Positions 19,401-30,919 of a stretch of 64,000 nt of DNA are shown one piece after another. Numbering within the stretch: position 1 is the first letter of the stretch; each line of letters starts with the position of its first letter. Under the pieces are notes generated by a model. It was not told the origin of the DNA and did not search any database. It worked only from the letters and a program-made list of their open reading frames with translations. A program made the translations under genes and the position numbers. This DNA is from an uncultured bacterium (GTDB lineage Bacteria; JAGRBM01; JAHCIT01), in assembly GCA_964621525.1 (NCBI GenBank), contig CAZUMS010000004.1:22061-86060 (forward strand). The letters run 5' to 3'.

Positions 19401-19570
19401 ATCTTCACGTCCGAGATAATCAGCTCAGGCACCGAGACGGCGACCTTCTCCAGCGCGTCGATACCGTTGGAGGCGATCGTGACCGAGAAGCCCGCCTTCT
19501 TGAGGGAGATCTCGAGGACCCTCAGGCTCTTCTGGTCGTCGTCGACGATGAGGATATGCTGCTTAGCCAT
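16421..19570 (-). CDS. membrane-spanning response regulator: REC + DUF4388 + Pro-rich linker + TM + extracytoplasmic TPR domain
   Basis: REC (ILIVDDD ... [13 protein letters not shown] ... YLTKP). DUF4388 ([26 protein letters not shown] ... [17 protein letters not shown]). Long [12 protein letters not shown]ro/Lys/Glu-rich linker. One TM helix ([20 protein letters not shown]), then about 450 aa of TPR repeats. Confidence 0.7.
   Translation of the reverse strand: [1049 protein letters not shown]
17990..18250 (-). repeat. low-complexity coding repeat (Pro/Ala/Lys/Glu-rich linker; degenerate GGCTTTGGCTCCGG-type DNA repeats)
   Basis: Visible tandem degenerate repeats in DNA (gggctcgggctttggctccggtttggattccggcttggg) encoding [14 protein letters not shown]. 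Confidence 0.4.
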
Positions 19571-19660
19571 TCGCCGTCCGCCGGATCCGCTTCTCCAAAG
19601 CCGGTCCGGCCGTATCCCCGTGCGTGCCGCCGTACCGGCTGGCGCGCCATGCCATGAAAC

Positions 19661-22093
<2,433 letters not shown>

Positions 22094-22168
22094 GGGTGCT
22101 TTCGTGGAAAAGCTCCTCGGCGGGCGGCCTCTCACGGCCCGCCGGGGGCTGCAAGGGCGGCCTTCCGG

Positions 22169-24241
22169 CTATCGGTCGAGAGGGATGAACTCCCTGCCCT
22201 TTGCCTCAAGCATTACCAGCGGGAGTTCAGGGCGTCCGTCCCGGTGGAACCGGATCCGGCCGCCCAGACCAGCGTACCCAGTGGAAGACGACAGACGCAA
22301 GGCCAGCCCCGTGCGGGAAGCAATTCCAAGACGCCGTGCGGCATCGGCAATGAGACCCACCGCGTCGTAGGCCCGGGCCTCGAACATGGCAGGGGGTTTT
22401 TCGGGCGGCGGCGCACCGGGGCCGGTCTGGACCTCTTCAGGCTTTTTCGGCGGCGGCAGAAAATCAGCGACAAATGCCTTGGCCCGCGGATCGTCAAGCT
22501 GGGGGCTGAACCCGTCAACGATGATCGACCCCTCGGCCTGTCCCCCGGCGCGGTTGAACAGCTCGGGGTCGTTCCATTCCGAAAAGCCGAGGATCTGGCC
22601 GCCCTTCACTTCCCGGAACGTGATCTGCGGCAGCAGGAGCCCCACCTTCGGAGCCGTTCCGGCAATAAACAGGGCATCGAAATCGACCACCGGCGGATTT
22701 GCCGAGCGCTCTCTCGGCTTCAGGCCCTCATTATTCTCGGTAGCCGCGATCCAGGCCCGTTCGATGTCTTCAACCCGTTTGGGGCTGTATGAAGACCAGC
22801 CTTTCAGGGTCCTGTTCCGCTGGGATTCGTAGCGCCGAGCGTCGGGCCAGTAGAGCCCGGTAAGCCTGTGAAGCGGCAACTTGAAGTCGGCAAGCTTGCT
22901 GTCGTAGCGCTCCGCCCCCACCAGGCGGCCGCCGAGCCGTTCAACCTCGGCGACATAGTGGCCGAAGAGCGCTTCCCCGAGCGGACTGTCCGGGTAAAGG
23001 ACAGCAAAGTTCTTCAGCCCCATGTCCGTGCGGGCATATTCGACGAGAGCGGAGATCTGCTCGTTCGCCGTGGGCAGCATCCGAAAGACGACCGATCCCT
23101 TGCCCGGAAGATCGTCCAGTGGAGAGAGTGCCAGCATCGGCAGGCCCAGTTCCGATGCCCGCTGGGCAGCGGCCTTCACTTCGGAGATGCCAATGGGCCC
23201 GATCACGGCCACGACTTTCTCCGCTGAGGCCAGGTCGTTCAGGGCCTTCACGGCTTCCTGCGGGCTCCCCGCTGTGTCCTTCACGATCACTCTCACCGTA
23301 TCGACGCCTCCGCCCTGCGCGGAGGTATGCTTCACCGCAACCTCGATCGCCTTGCGCGCCCGTGCGGCAAACATGCCGAGGGCGCCTTTTGCTGACAGGG
23401 GAAGCAGCACGCCGATCGCCTTCGGGTCGATCTGGCTCGCCTGCATGAGATCCCGCCGCCGCGTCTCCATGAGCCGGGTGCGCGGGTCGCCGGGGAAACG
23501 AGTGAAATACCGCTCGATCACATCGAGGCTTCCCTGGAGGTTCTTCGCCTGGAGCTTCAGTTCGAGGAGCCTTTCGAGCAATGCCGACTCGTAGAACGGC
23601 GGGAGCTGGGAGGAACGGAGTTCCTGCTCCACCCGCTCTTCGCTTTCAACCTCGCGAGCCTCATCGATAAGCCCCAATTCAAGCTGCGTGCGCTCTCCGC
23701 CGGGCCTCAATACCTGCCAAAGCCCGAGCCGCTCGGCATGAGCCTCGGCATCGCGCCCCAGCCCCCGGAAGGCGAGAATATTGAGCCGGCGGATCTCGGC
23801 CGCCTGCGGCGCAGGCAGCGCATTCGAGCTCACCGGTCCGAGCACCCGGAGCGTGTCTTCGAAACGGTCGGCCAACGCGTAAATGGCCGCAAGCCGGAGC
23901 CGGGCGGGAATGGAATCCTCGATCGTCGCGGACTTCTGGATCGACGCCTCGAAGGCCTGCGTCGCCAGTTCGGTCCGCTCCTGCTGCTCAAGAATCACGC
24001 CACGTTCGAACTGCGCCCGCGGCACGAGCGGCGAATCGGAATACTCCTGGAGGAACTTCTGCAGGTGGTCCAGAGCCCATTCCTGGTCACCCCGCCGGAT
24101 CGCCTCGTCCGCTTCGCGGAACAGCGCCTGCTCCCCGTTCTGGGGGGCGGGTTCCGCTACCGGCGGGACTTCCTGGGCGGCGAGATGTTGCGCCGGAAGC
24201 CCGGTGGCAAGAACGGCCATGAGGATCAGGGACTTTCTCAT
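22169..24241 (-). CDS. LpoA/LppC-like periplasmic protein (TPR N-domain + type I periplasmic-binding-fold C-domain)
   Basis: Signal peptide, then TPR-like helices. The C-terminal 350 aa resemble a Leu/Ile/Val-binding-type PBP fold (VIGPIGISEVKAAAQ ... ). This architecture matches penicillin-binding-protein activator LpoA. Tentative. Confidence 0.45.
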   Translation of the reverse strand: MRKSLILMAVLATGLPAQHLAAQEVPPVAEPAPQNGEQALFREADEAIRRGDQEWALDHLQKFLQEYSDSPLVPRAQFERGVILEQQERTELATQAFEASIQKSATIEDSIPARLRLAAIYALADRFEDTLRVLGPVSSNALPAPQAAEIRRLNILAFRGLGRDAEAHAERLGLWQVLRPGGERTQLELGLIDEAREVESEERVEQELRSSQLPPFYESALLERLLELKLQAKNLQGSLDVIERYFTRFPGDPRTRLMETRRRDLMQASQIDPKAIGVLLPLSAKGALGMFAARARKAIEVAVKHTSAQGGGVDTVRVIVKDTAGSPQEAVKALNDLASAEKVVAVIGPIGISEVKAAAQRASELGLPMLALSPLDDLPGKGSVVFRMLPTANEQISALVEYARTDMGLKNFAVLYPDSPLGEALFGHYVAEVERLGGRLVGAERYDSKLADFKLPLHRLTGLYWPDARRYESQRNRTLKGWSSYSPKRVEDIERAWIAATENNEGLKPRERSANPPVVDFDALFIAGTAPKVGLLLPQITFREVKGGQILGFSEWNDPELFNRAGGQAEGSIIVDGFSPQLDDPRAKAFVADFLPPPKKPEEVQTGPGAPPPEKPPAMFEARAYDAVGLIADAARRLGIASRTGLALRLSSSTGYAGLGGRIRFHRDGRPELPLVMLEAKGREFIPLDR

Positions 24242-24306
24242 CAGAGCCCGATCCTGACGAACGCGAAACCGGTAGACAACCCCTCAGGACAGGGTAATCT
24301 GCCTCT

Positions 24307-25524
24307 GTGTCACAACGGCCCAAAACCCGGCGGGAAGCGGTAGCCCAGCGGCTCCGGGGCGAACTCCGGCGCTGGGCACGGGGACTCTCGCCCGAAGGGC
24401 TGCTCTATCTCCAGTCCCTGTCCGAGTACCGGATCGCTGGCGGCAACCGCGTCACGATGCTCGTGGACGGCACAGCCGCCATTCCGGAGATGATCACCGC
24501 CATCCGGCAGGCAAAAAAAACGGTCTACTATGAAACTTACATCCACCGGAACGACCGGATCGGCCTCGAGTTTGCCGATGCCCTCAGGGACGCGGCTCTC
24601 CGGGGAATCCGGGTATTCGTCATCTACGACGACTGGGGCTCCGATGAAGCCGCGGAACTGCTCGACGGGCTCTCCACCTCTGGAGTCCGGGTACTGCCCT
24701 TCCATCCCGTCACCATGTTCCAGCCGTTCCGGGACATGAACGCCCGCAACCACCGGAAAATCCTCGTCGTGGATAACGAGACCGGCTTCACCGGAGGCGT
24801 GAACGTTGGGCTTGAATACACAGGTACGCCGGAGACGCCGCCCTTCCGCGATACTCACCTTCGCATCGAGGGCCCTGCCGTCCACCATCTCACGCTGAGC
24901 TTTTTCAAATGCTGGTTCGAGCAGACCGGGGAGCAGATCGATGCAGGCCCGCCGCCCCAGGCGGTTCCGGGTGTCCGGACCAAGGTGCTGATCACCACGG
25001 AAACGCTTCGCCGGGAGCGCGCGGCACTCCGGAAATCCTATATCTTCGCCTTCAAGGCGGCCCGCGAACGAATTCTCATCACCAATAGTTATTTCGTCCC
25101 CGACCACCAGATCCGTGCCGCCATCGTACAGGCAGCCCGGCGCGGCGTCCGGGTGCGGATCATCGTCCCCGGTATCACCGACGTTCCTATGGCGCGCTTT
25201 GCCGGATGGGCCATTTACCCGGAACTTCTCGCTGCCGGGGCCGAGATTTACGAATACACGGCCCGTATTCTGCACGCGAAAACCGCCGTTATCGATGCCG
25301 GTATCGTGATCTGCGGGTCCACAAACCTCGATCACCGGAGTTTCCTCCACAACCAGGAACTTCAGGCGATGATCTTCGACACGGACGTGGGCACGCAGTT
25401 CGCCCGGCAGTTCGAGACGGATCTCACGCGATGCGAACGGCTTACCCCCGAGACCCACGGGAACTGGCCGTTCTGGAAGAAATGGGCGGCATCCGCCGCC
25501 TGGCAGTTCCGGAACATGCTCTAG
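24307..25524 (+). CDS. phospholipase D family protein / cardiolipin synthase-like (two HKD motifs)
   Basis: HKD motifs HRKILVVDNETGFTGGVN and HAKTAVIDAGIVICGSTNLD. No TM segment (ClsB-like). GTG start. Confidence 0.75.
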   Translation: MSQRPKTRREAVAQRLRGELRRWARGLSPEGLLYLQSLSEYRIAGGNRVTMLVDGTAAIPEMITAIRQAKKTVYYETYIHRNDRIGLEFADALRDAALRGIRVFVIYDDWGSDEAAELLDGLSTSGVRVLPFHPVTMFQPFRDMNARNHRKILVVDNETGFTGGVNVGLEYTGTPETPPFRDTHLRIEGPAVHHLTLSFFKCWFEQTGEQIDAGPPPQAVPGVRTKVLITTETLRRERAALRKSYIFAFKAARERILITNSYFVPDHQIRAAIVQAARRGVRVRIIVPGITDVPMARFAGWAIYPELLAAGAEIYEYTARILHAKTAVIDAGIVICGSTNLDHRSFLHNQELQAMIFDTDVGTQFARQFETDLTRCERLTPETHGNWPFWKKWAASAAWQFRNML

Positions 25525-25531
25525 GGCCGGC

Positions 25532-28102
25532 TCAGCTCCAGCCATCCCTGAAGAACTGGCGGACATCGGAGATGACGTTCTCCCATTTCCCGGTCGCCCG
25601 CCGGACGGGCGGCAGCGATTCGAGGAATGTCCGCCCGAATCCCTTGGTCATGATCCGGGAATCGAGCACAGTGACGACGCCCCGGTCTTCCTTCGTCCGG
25701 ATGAGCCGGCCGAATCCCTGACGGAAGCGGATCACCGCCTGAGGTACCGAGAGTTCGTCGAAGTCGCTGCGGCCATGCGCCTTTACTTTTTCGGCGCGGG
25801 CCTTCTGGATCGGCTCGCTCGGCACCGTGAACGGCAGCCGCGTGATGATGACGTGCCGGAGCTGGTCGCCGGGGACATCGACGCCTTCCCAGAAACTCGA
25901 TGTGGCGAACAGCACCGGGCGTTCCGCTGCGCGGAACCGGTCAATCAGCCGGGCTTTCCGCCCTGCCTCCTGCCGCATCATCGAGAATCCCGCCGCCGAG
26001 AGCAGCGGGTCCAGCTCGTCCCAGACGCCGTTCAGAAGCGCATAGGACGTGAACAGCACGAAGGCATGCCCGCTGGACGCCAGCACGAGGTCTTTCACGA
26101 GCGCCGGCAGCCGTTTGCGGAACAGATCGGACTTAGGATCGGGGATATCGGCCGGAGCCGCCAGCATCGCCTGATGCTCGAAATCGAACGGACTCGTGAG
26201 CAGCAGCTCGCTGCGGCGATCGTCGCCCGTACCTGCAAGCCCCGACTGGCGTTCGTAGACATCGAACCGCCGGCCCACAGCGAGCGTCGCACTGGTGAGC
26301 GCCACCGATTCGATGGACGGCTGGGAGAAGAGTGCCTTCGCCAGAAACGGCCCCGGCTCCACTTCCGCCCGGAAGAGCGTCACCCGCCGGTGATCGCTGT
26401 CCAGCTCCACCCAGATGCAATGCTCGGCGCTGTCGCTGAGCAGCAGCGAGAGGTCTTCGGCGGCCGTTTCGAGACGGCCCTGGAGGGACTTGAACTCAAC
26501 CAGATTCGCCTGCGCATCCTGGGCGAGCGGGCTCTTTGCACGCACGCTCTTCACGAGCGCTTCCAGAAGCCCCGCGAGCCTGATCAGCTGGCTGGTGAGC
26601 TCTTTCACCGGCGTCTCGACGGCGACCGGGAAATCCTTTCCGCTCCGCTCACGGCGCGTCAGCCTCAGCTTGATGAACCGGCTGCGCCGCTCTTCCGCCG
26701 GGGCCATCCCGAAAAATACGTCGTACCAGCCGTCGAAGATCCGCCGTCCGGTGTCGCGGAGGTCCTGTACAGCCGCCCGGACACCCCCGGCGATCTGGAG
26801 CGTGTTCGTCGTCCCCTCGTTCTTGCCGCCGGTACGGTTCACCCGGGTTTCGAACTGGCCGAGGAGCCCCTTCCGGATATCGCGGCCCGAAATGAGCCGC
26901 TGGCAGATCTTGGCAATGCGGTTCGCCGACACGCTGGACGTGGACGCCGACGTCGCCGTGTCCGGCAGGTGATGGGCTTCGTCGACGATGACCGCCTGAA
27001 AGGGAGGCAATACCGCGGCATCCGAGAACTGTTCGAGCTCGCTCTTTACCGAGAGGTCCATGAGCAGGAGATGATGGTTCACGACCAGGATTTCGGCGGC
27101 CGCGGCCCGCCGGCGTGCCTGATAGTAGAAACACTCGTTGTAGTAGGGGCACCGCGTCCTCAGAGTCTGGTCAGTCTGCGAGGCGACCTTTTCCCACTGG
27201 GACTCCGTCACCGCGCCGCCGAAGTCGCTCCGCTCGCCGGTGGGCGTCGAGGCGGCCCACCGGGCCAGCTCGTTCAGGGCTTCGCTCGAATCGTCGTCCA
27301 GTTCCAGGGTCTCCTGCTTCGAGAGCTCGGCCGCCTTCCGCTTGCAGACATAGTTGGAGCGGCCCATGAGCGTCGCGACTCTTACGGGTCCGCCGGTGGC
27401 TTTCTCGAGAAGCGGGATGTCCTTTTCCATGAGCTGCCGCTGAAGGGTGTGCGTCGCCGTCGAAACGACCACGCGCTTCCCGTGCCGGCGCGCCCAGTCG
27501 AGCGCTGGCATCAGATAGCCGAGCGACTTGCCGACGCCCGTACCCGCTTCGACAACCGAGATCCCCTTCGCTTCGAGACTCCCGGCGATGGCCAGCGCCA
27601 TCTCCGACTGCTCGGGACGCGGCTCGAACGACTCGAACGCCCGGGCAAGCCCGCCGCTATCGCCAAAAAATTCCCGGATCTTCTCCGGTTCCAGCGGCTC
27701 GGCATCCGCTTCCCGGAACGGCTCCACCACGCGGTAGATCTTCGCCGCCTCGTTGTCGATGATGAAAAACCCGACCCCGCGGCTCCCCAGCTGGGAGGCG
27801 ATCTCGAGGTCAGGCTCCGAGGGCTGGATGTTTCCACCCGGATGGTTGTGAATCACCGCCTCGCCGGGCTGGGGACGGATCTGTGGGGCGGGGACGGAAT
27901 CCGGGCCGCCCCGTGCCAGTGGCTCCACCCAGTCGATCCGGCCCTCGAGGTCGAAACGGGCGAGGAAATACACCTCGTTGCCGCCCGCGTCTTCGATCTC
28001 CCGAACGAGCGCGTCCCGGGCGGATTCGGTCCAGGGCGGTACCGGAGGTTTCACGGGGGCGGATGGCACGGACGGCAGTATGCACGGGAAACGCGGCGGC
28101 AC
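25532..28102 (-). CDS. RadC-like JAB/MPN domain fused to DinG/Rad3-family DEAH helicase
   Basis: N-terminal 130 aa carry an exact JAMM motif H-x-H-x7-S-x2-D (HNHPGGNIQPSEPD, RadC-like HNHPxG). Downstream are Walker A AGTGVGKS, DEAH box VIVDEAHHL, and the DinG-type helicase C-domain. Confidence 0.75.
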   Translation of the reverse strand: MPPRFPCILPSVPSAPVKPPVPPWTESARDALVREIEDAGGNEVYFLARFDLEGRIDWVEPLARGGPDSVPAPQIRPQPGEAVIHNHPGGNIQPSEPDLEIASQLGSRGVGFFIIDNEAAKIYRVVEPFREADAEPLEPEKIREFFGDSGGLARAFESFEPRPEQSEMALAIAGSLEAKGISVVEAGTGVGKSLGYLMPALDWARRHGKRVVVSTATHTLQRQLMEKDIPLLEKATGGPVRVATLMGRSNYVCKRKAAELSKQETLELDDDSSEALNELARWAASTPTGERSDFGGAVTESQWEKVASQTDQTLRTRCPYYNECFYYQARRRAAAAEILVVNHHLLLMDLSVKSELEQFSDAAVLPPFQAVIVDEAHHLPDTATSASTSSVSANRIAKICQRLISGRDIRKGLLGQFETRVNRTGGKNEGTTNTLQIAGGVRAAVQDLRDTGRRIFDGWYDVFFGMAPAEERRSRFIKLRLTRRERSGKDFPVAVETPVKELTSQLIRLAGLLEALVKSVRAKSPLAQDAQANLVEFKSLQGRLETAAEDLSLLLSDSAEHCIWVELDSDHRRVTLFRAEVEPGPFLAKALFSQPSIESVALTSATLAVGRRFDVYERQSGLAGTGDDRRSELLLTSPFDFEHQAMLAAPADIPDPKSDLFRKRLPALVKDLVLASSGHAFVLFTSYALLNGVWDELDPLLSAAGFSMMRQEAGRKARLIDRFRAAERPVLFATSSFWEGVDVPGDQLRHVIITRLPFTVPSEPIQKARAEKVKAHGRSDFDELSVPQAVIRFRQGFGRLIRTKEDRGVVTVLDSRIMTKGFGRTFLESLPPVRRATGKWENVISDVRQFFRDGWS

Positions 28103-28122
28103 AAGATCGACCTGCCCCGTTC

Positions 28123-29130
28123 ATGCTAGGATTTTCGGGTGCCTGGCTCTGCCGCCGGGCCGGGGGATACCGGAAACCCGTGCCGAACCCGCTGATCGAA
28201 CAGATGCTTGAGGGCGACCGCCGGGCGCTCGGCCGCCTGATCTCGATGATCGAGAATAGGGCCGAGGGCTCAGGCGAGCTGATGGCCGAAATCTGCCGCC
28301 ACAACCGGGGTGCGCGGGTCATCGGGATCACCGGACCGCCCGGTGCCGGGAAAAGCACGCTCACGGACCGGCTGGTAGCCCGTTACCGGAAGCTGGGCCT
28401 CAAGGTGGCCGTCATCGCCATCGACCCGTCGAGCCCGTTCACGGGAGGCGCGATCCTGGGCGACCGGATCCGCATGCAGAGCCACGCCACGGACGAAGGA
28501 GTGTTTATCCGTTCGTTCGGCACCCGGGGGATGCACGGCGGCCTCTCGCGGGCGACGCACGAGGCAGTCCGGATCTTCGACGCCGCCGGGTACGGCCTGA
28601 TCCTCATCGAGACCGTCGGCGTGGGACAGACCGAGCTGGACATCATGGAACTCGCGGACACGACCATTGTGGTGCTCGTGCCCGAGGCAGGCGACGCCAT
28701 TCAGACAATGAAGGCCGGGCTCATGGAGATCGCCGACGTTTTCGTCGTGAACAAGGCGGACCGGAGCGGGGCCGAAAAGCTCAAGCTGGAGCTCGAGCAG
28801 ACCGTACATCTGAACGAAGACAGCACCTGGTCCGCGCCGGTACTGCTCACCACAGCGTCGAGCGGGACTGGCATCGAAGAAGTCGCCAAAGCCGCCGACA
28901 GTCACTTCGAGAAAACCCGGAATTCCGCGCAACGGCAGCAGAAAGAGTCGTCACGGCGGCTCCGGCAGCTCGTTGAAATCGTCACCGATGACCTGCGCAC
29001 GCGGCTGGCCGGGGATCTTGAAAGCGGCCCGCTTCGCGAACTCGGCCAGGCCGTCTCCGCGGGCACGAAGAACCCCTATGAAGCGGCACTCGAACTGCTG
29101 GCGCGGAAGAATCCCACCGGTGAAACCTGA
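28123..29130 (+). CDS. MeaB/ArgK-type G3E GTPase (methylmalonyl-CoA mutase-associated family)
   Basis: Walker A GITGPPGAGKST, Mg site DPSSPFTGGAILGDR, NKAD motif (VVNKADR). Start uncertain (ATG 28123, GTG 28180 or ATG 28204). Confidence 0.8.
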   Translation: MLGFSGAWLCRRAGGYRKPVPNPLIEQMLEGDRRALGRLISMIENRAEGSGELMAEICRHNRGARVIGITGPPGAGKSTLTDRLVARYRKLGLKVAVIAIDPSSPFTGGAILGDRIRMQSHATDEGVFIRSFGTRGMHGGLSRATHEAVRIFDAAGYGLILIETVGVGQTELDIMELADTTIVVLVPEAGDAIQTMKAGLMEIADVFVVNKADRSGAEKLKLELEQTVHLNEDSTWSAPVLLTTASSGTGIEEVAKAADSHFEKTRNSAQRQQKESSRRLRQLVEIVTDDLRTRLAGDLESGPLRELGQAVSAGTKNPYEAALELLARKNPTGET

Positions 29131-29133
29131 GCC

Positions 29134-29925
29134 CTACTCCTTCGGACCCGGCCCCACGGAAAGCCCGATCCAGTCGGCGACGCCGCCGAACCCCTTGAGC
29201 ACGGAACCGAGCTTGTAAATGTCCGGATACACGACTTCCGGCTCGTTCCGCCGGATGGCCACGAGAATCCGCCGGGCAAGCTCCACCGGGTCGCCATTCG
29301 GCATCGACCGGGACATGAAACTGTCCTCGTACTGTCCACGGGCGCCCTTCTCGAGCGCCGAAGCGATGGGCCCCGGATACACGGTGACAACCCTGACGTT
29401 CTTCGGAGCCAGTTCCCTGCGGGCGATTTCCGAAGCCGAAGCAATACCTGCCTTTGCCGCCCCGTAATAGGAGCAGCCCTTGAGCAGCACCCGTCCGGCC
29501 ATGCTCGAGACGTTCACGATCGCGCCGCCGCCGGTCTCCACCATCGAAGGAACGCACAGGTTCATGAGCCGCATCGGCGCCATGAGGTCGATCAGGAGCA
29601 CCCGCTCACCCGCCTCCCAGGGCATTCCCTGCATCGAGCGAACGTCCATAATTCCGGCGCAGTTGATCAGGAGATCCACCGGCCCATGGACCTTCACCGC
29701 ATCCCCGTGAACGGCCGGGATGGAAGGGATGTCCGAGAGATCGGCGGCGACCGTCCTCGCCTCGCCGCCCAGCTCGCGCTCCAGTTTCTTCGAGGTCTCC
29801 GCGTCGCGGTCCACCAGTGAGAGCCGGGCTCCCGGGTGCTGCTTCCGGATCAGCCGGGCCAGCGCACCGCCGATCGCTCCGGATGCCCCCGTGACGAGCG
29901 CATGAAAGTTTCCCTCGGGCTGCAT
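29134..29925 (-). CDS. short-chain dehydrogenase/reductase (SDR)
   Basis: TGASGAIGGAL Rossmann motif, NCAGI, catalytic YGAAKAG. Confidence 0.8.
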   Translation of the reverse strand: MQPEGNFHALVTGASGAIGGALARLIRKQHPGARLSLVDRDAETSKKLERELGGEARTVAADLSDIPSIPAVHGDAVKVHGPVDLLINCAGIMDVRSMQGMPWEAGERVLLIDLMAPMRLMNLCVPSMVETGGGAIVNVSSMAGRVLLKGCSYYGAAKAGIASASEIARRELAPKNVRVVTVYPGPIASALEKGARGQYEDSFMSRSMPNGDPVELARRILVAIRRNEPEVVYPDIYKLGSVLKGFGGVADWIGLSVGPGPKE

Positions 29926-30025
29926 GACAGTCCCCTCCCCTTGAAGGATTGCATCAGTATCTCCCGCCCTCCGGGCAGTCGCAAAACCGGATGTTCATTT
30001 CCACTGAGCCGCCTAGACTGCCGGG

Positions 30026-30460
30026 ATGGACCAGAAAGACCTTGCCGGACTCATCGCCGCCATTATCGGTATTACCGCGCCCTTCATCAGCTACTTTGTC
30101 ATTTTCAAGGTCACCGCCCGCCTGAGCGGATGGCAGGAGTTCGCCCGCAAATACGGCTGCCTCCGGAAGCCGGAAGGATTCGAAACCACCTGGTCCAGTC
30201 TCGGGACCTTCCGGATCGGTGGGTACAACAACTGTATGCATTTTATCGCAAACGACCATGGGCTCTACGTGGCAATCCACTGGCCGTTCACGGCGTATCA
30301 TCCCCCGCTGTTCTTCCCCTGGAACAGCCTGAAGAAAACCGGCGAGGGCAAATCGTTCGGGGTCGCTTACACCGAGATCGAAATGCCCGGCGGAGCCCGG
30401 CGCTGGAAATTCATCACGAAAACGCTCGGCCCGGCCCTGGAACGGGGCTGGCTGAATTAG
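30026..30460 (+). CDS. hypothetical small membrane protein
   Basis: 144 aa with one N-terminal TM helix and no recognisable domain. Convergent with nrdR. Confidence 0.35.
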   Translation: MDQKDLAGLIAAIIGITAPFISYFVIFKVTARLSGWQEFARKYGCLRKPEGFETTWSSLGTFRIGGYNNCMHFIANDHGLYVAIHWPFTAYHPPLFFPWNSLKKTGEGKSFGVAYTEIEMPGGARRWKFITKTLGPALERGWLN

Positions 30461-30463
30461 GGG

Positions 30464-30919
30464 TCACTTCCGCCCGAGCAGGCGGTTCACTTCCTCGACG
30501 AACTGGCGCGGATCGTCGAACTCCCGGTATACGCTGGCGAACCGGAGATAGGCGATCGGATCGAGCAACTGAAGTTCCTCGATGAGCGCCTCCCCGATCT
30601 CCCGCGACCGGATCTCCTTCGGATAACGCTCAAACAGCCGGTCCTGGACCCGCTTGAGCGACGTCTCGATCTGTTCTTCCGACACCGGACGCTTTGCACA
30701 GGCCCGGCGCAGTGCGATCCGGAGCTTCTGCTTGTCCCAGGATTCGCGGCGGCCATCTTTTTTGACGACCTGCGGGACGACTTCCTCGACCGCTTCGTAG
30801 GTCGTGAACCGTTCGCCGCAGGACTTGCACTCGCGCCGGCGCCGGATCTGGCGCTGATCGGGCGTCTCCCTCGAATCGACGACACCCGTGTCGTCATGTC
30901 CGCAGAAGGGGCACTTCAC
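30464..30919 (-). CDS. nrdR: transcriptional repressor NrdR
   Basis: [18 protein letters not shown] ... [12 protein letters not shown] zinc ribbon plus ATP-cone. Near-canonical NrdR N-terminus. Confidence 0.9.
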   Translation of the reverse strand: MKCPFCGHDDTGVVDSRETPDQRQIRRRRECKSCGERFTTYEAVEEVVPQVVKKDGRRESWDKQKLRIALRRACAKRPVSEEQIETSLKRVQDRLFERYPKEIRSREIGEALIEELQLLDPIAYLRFASVYREFDDPRQFVEEVNRLLGRK

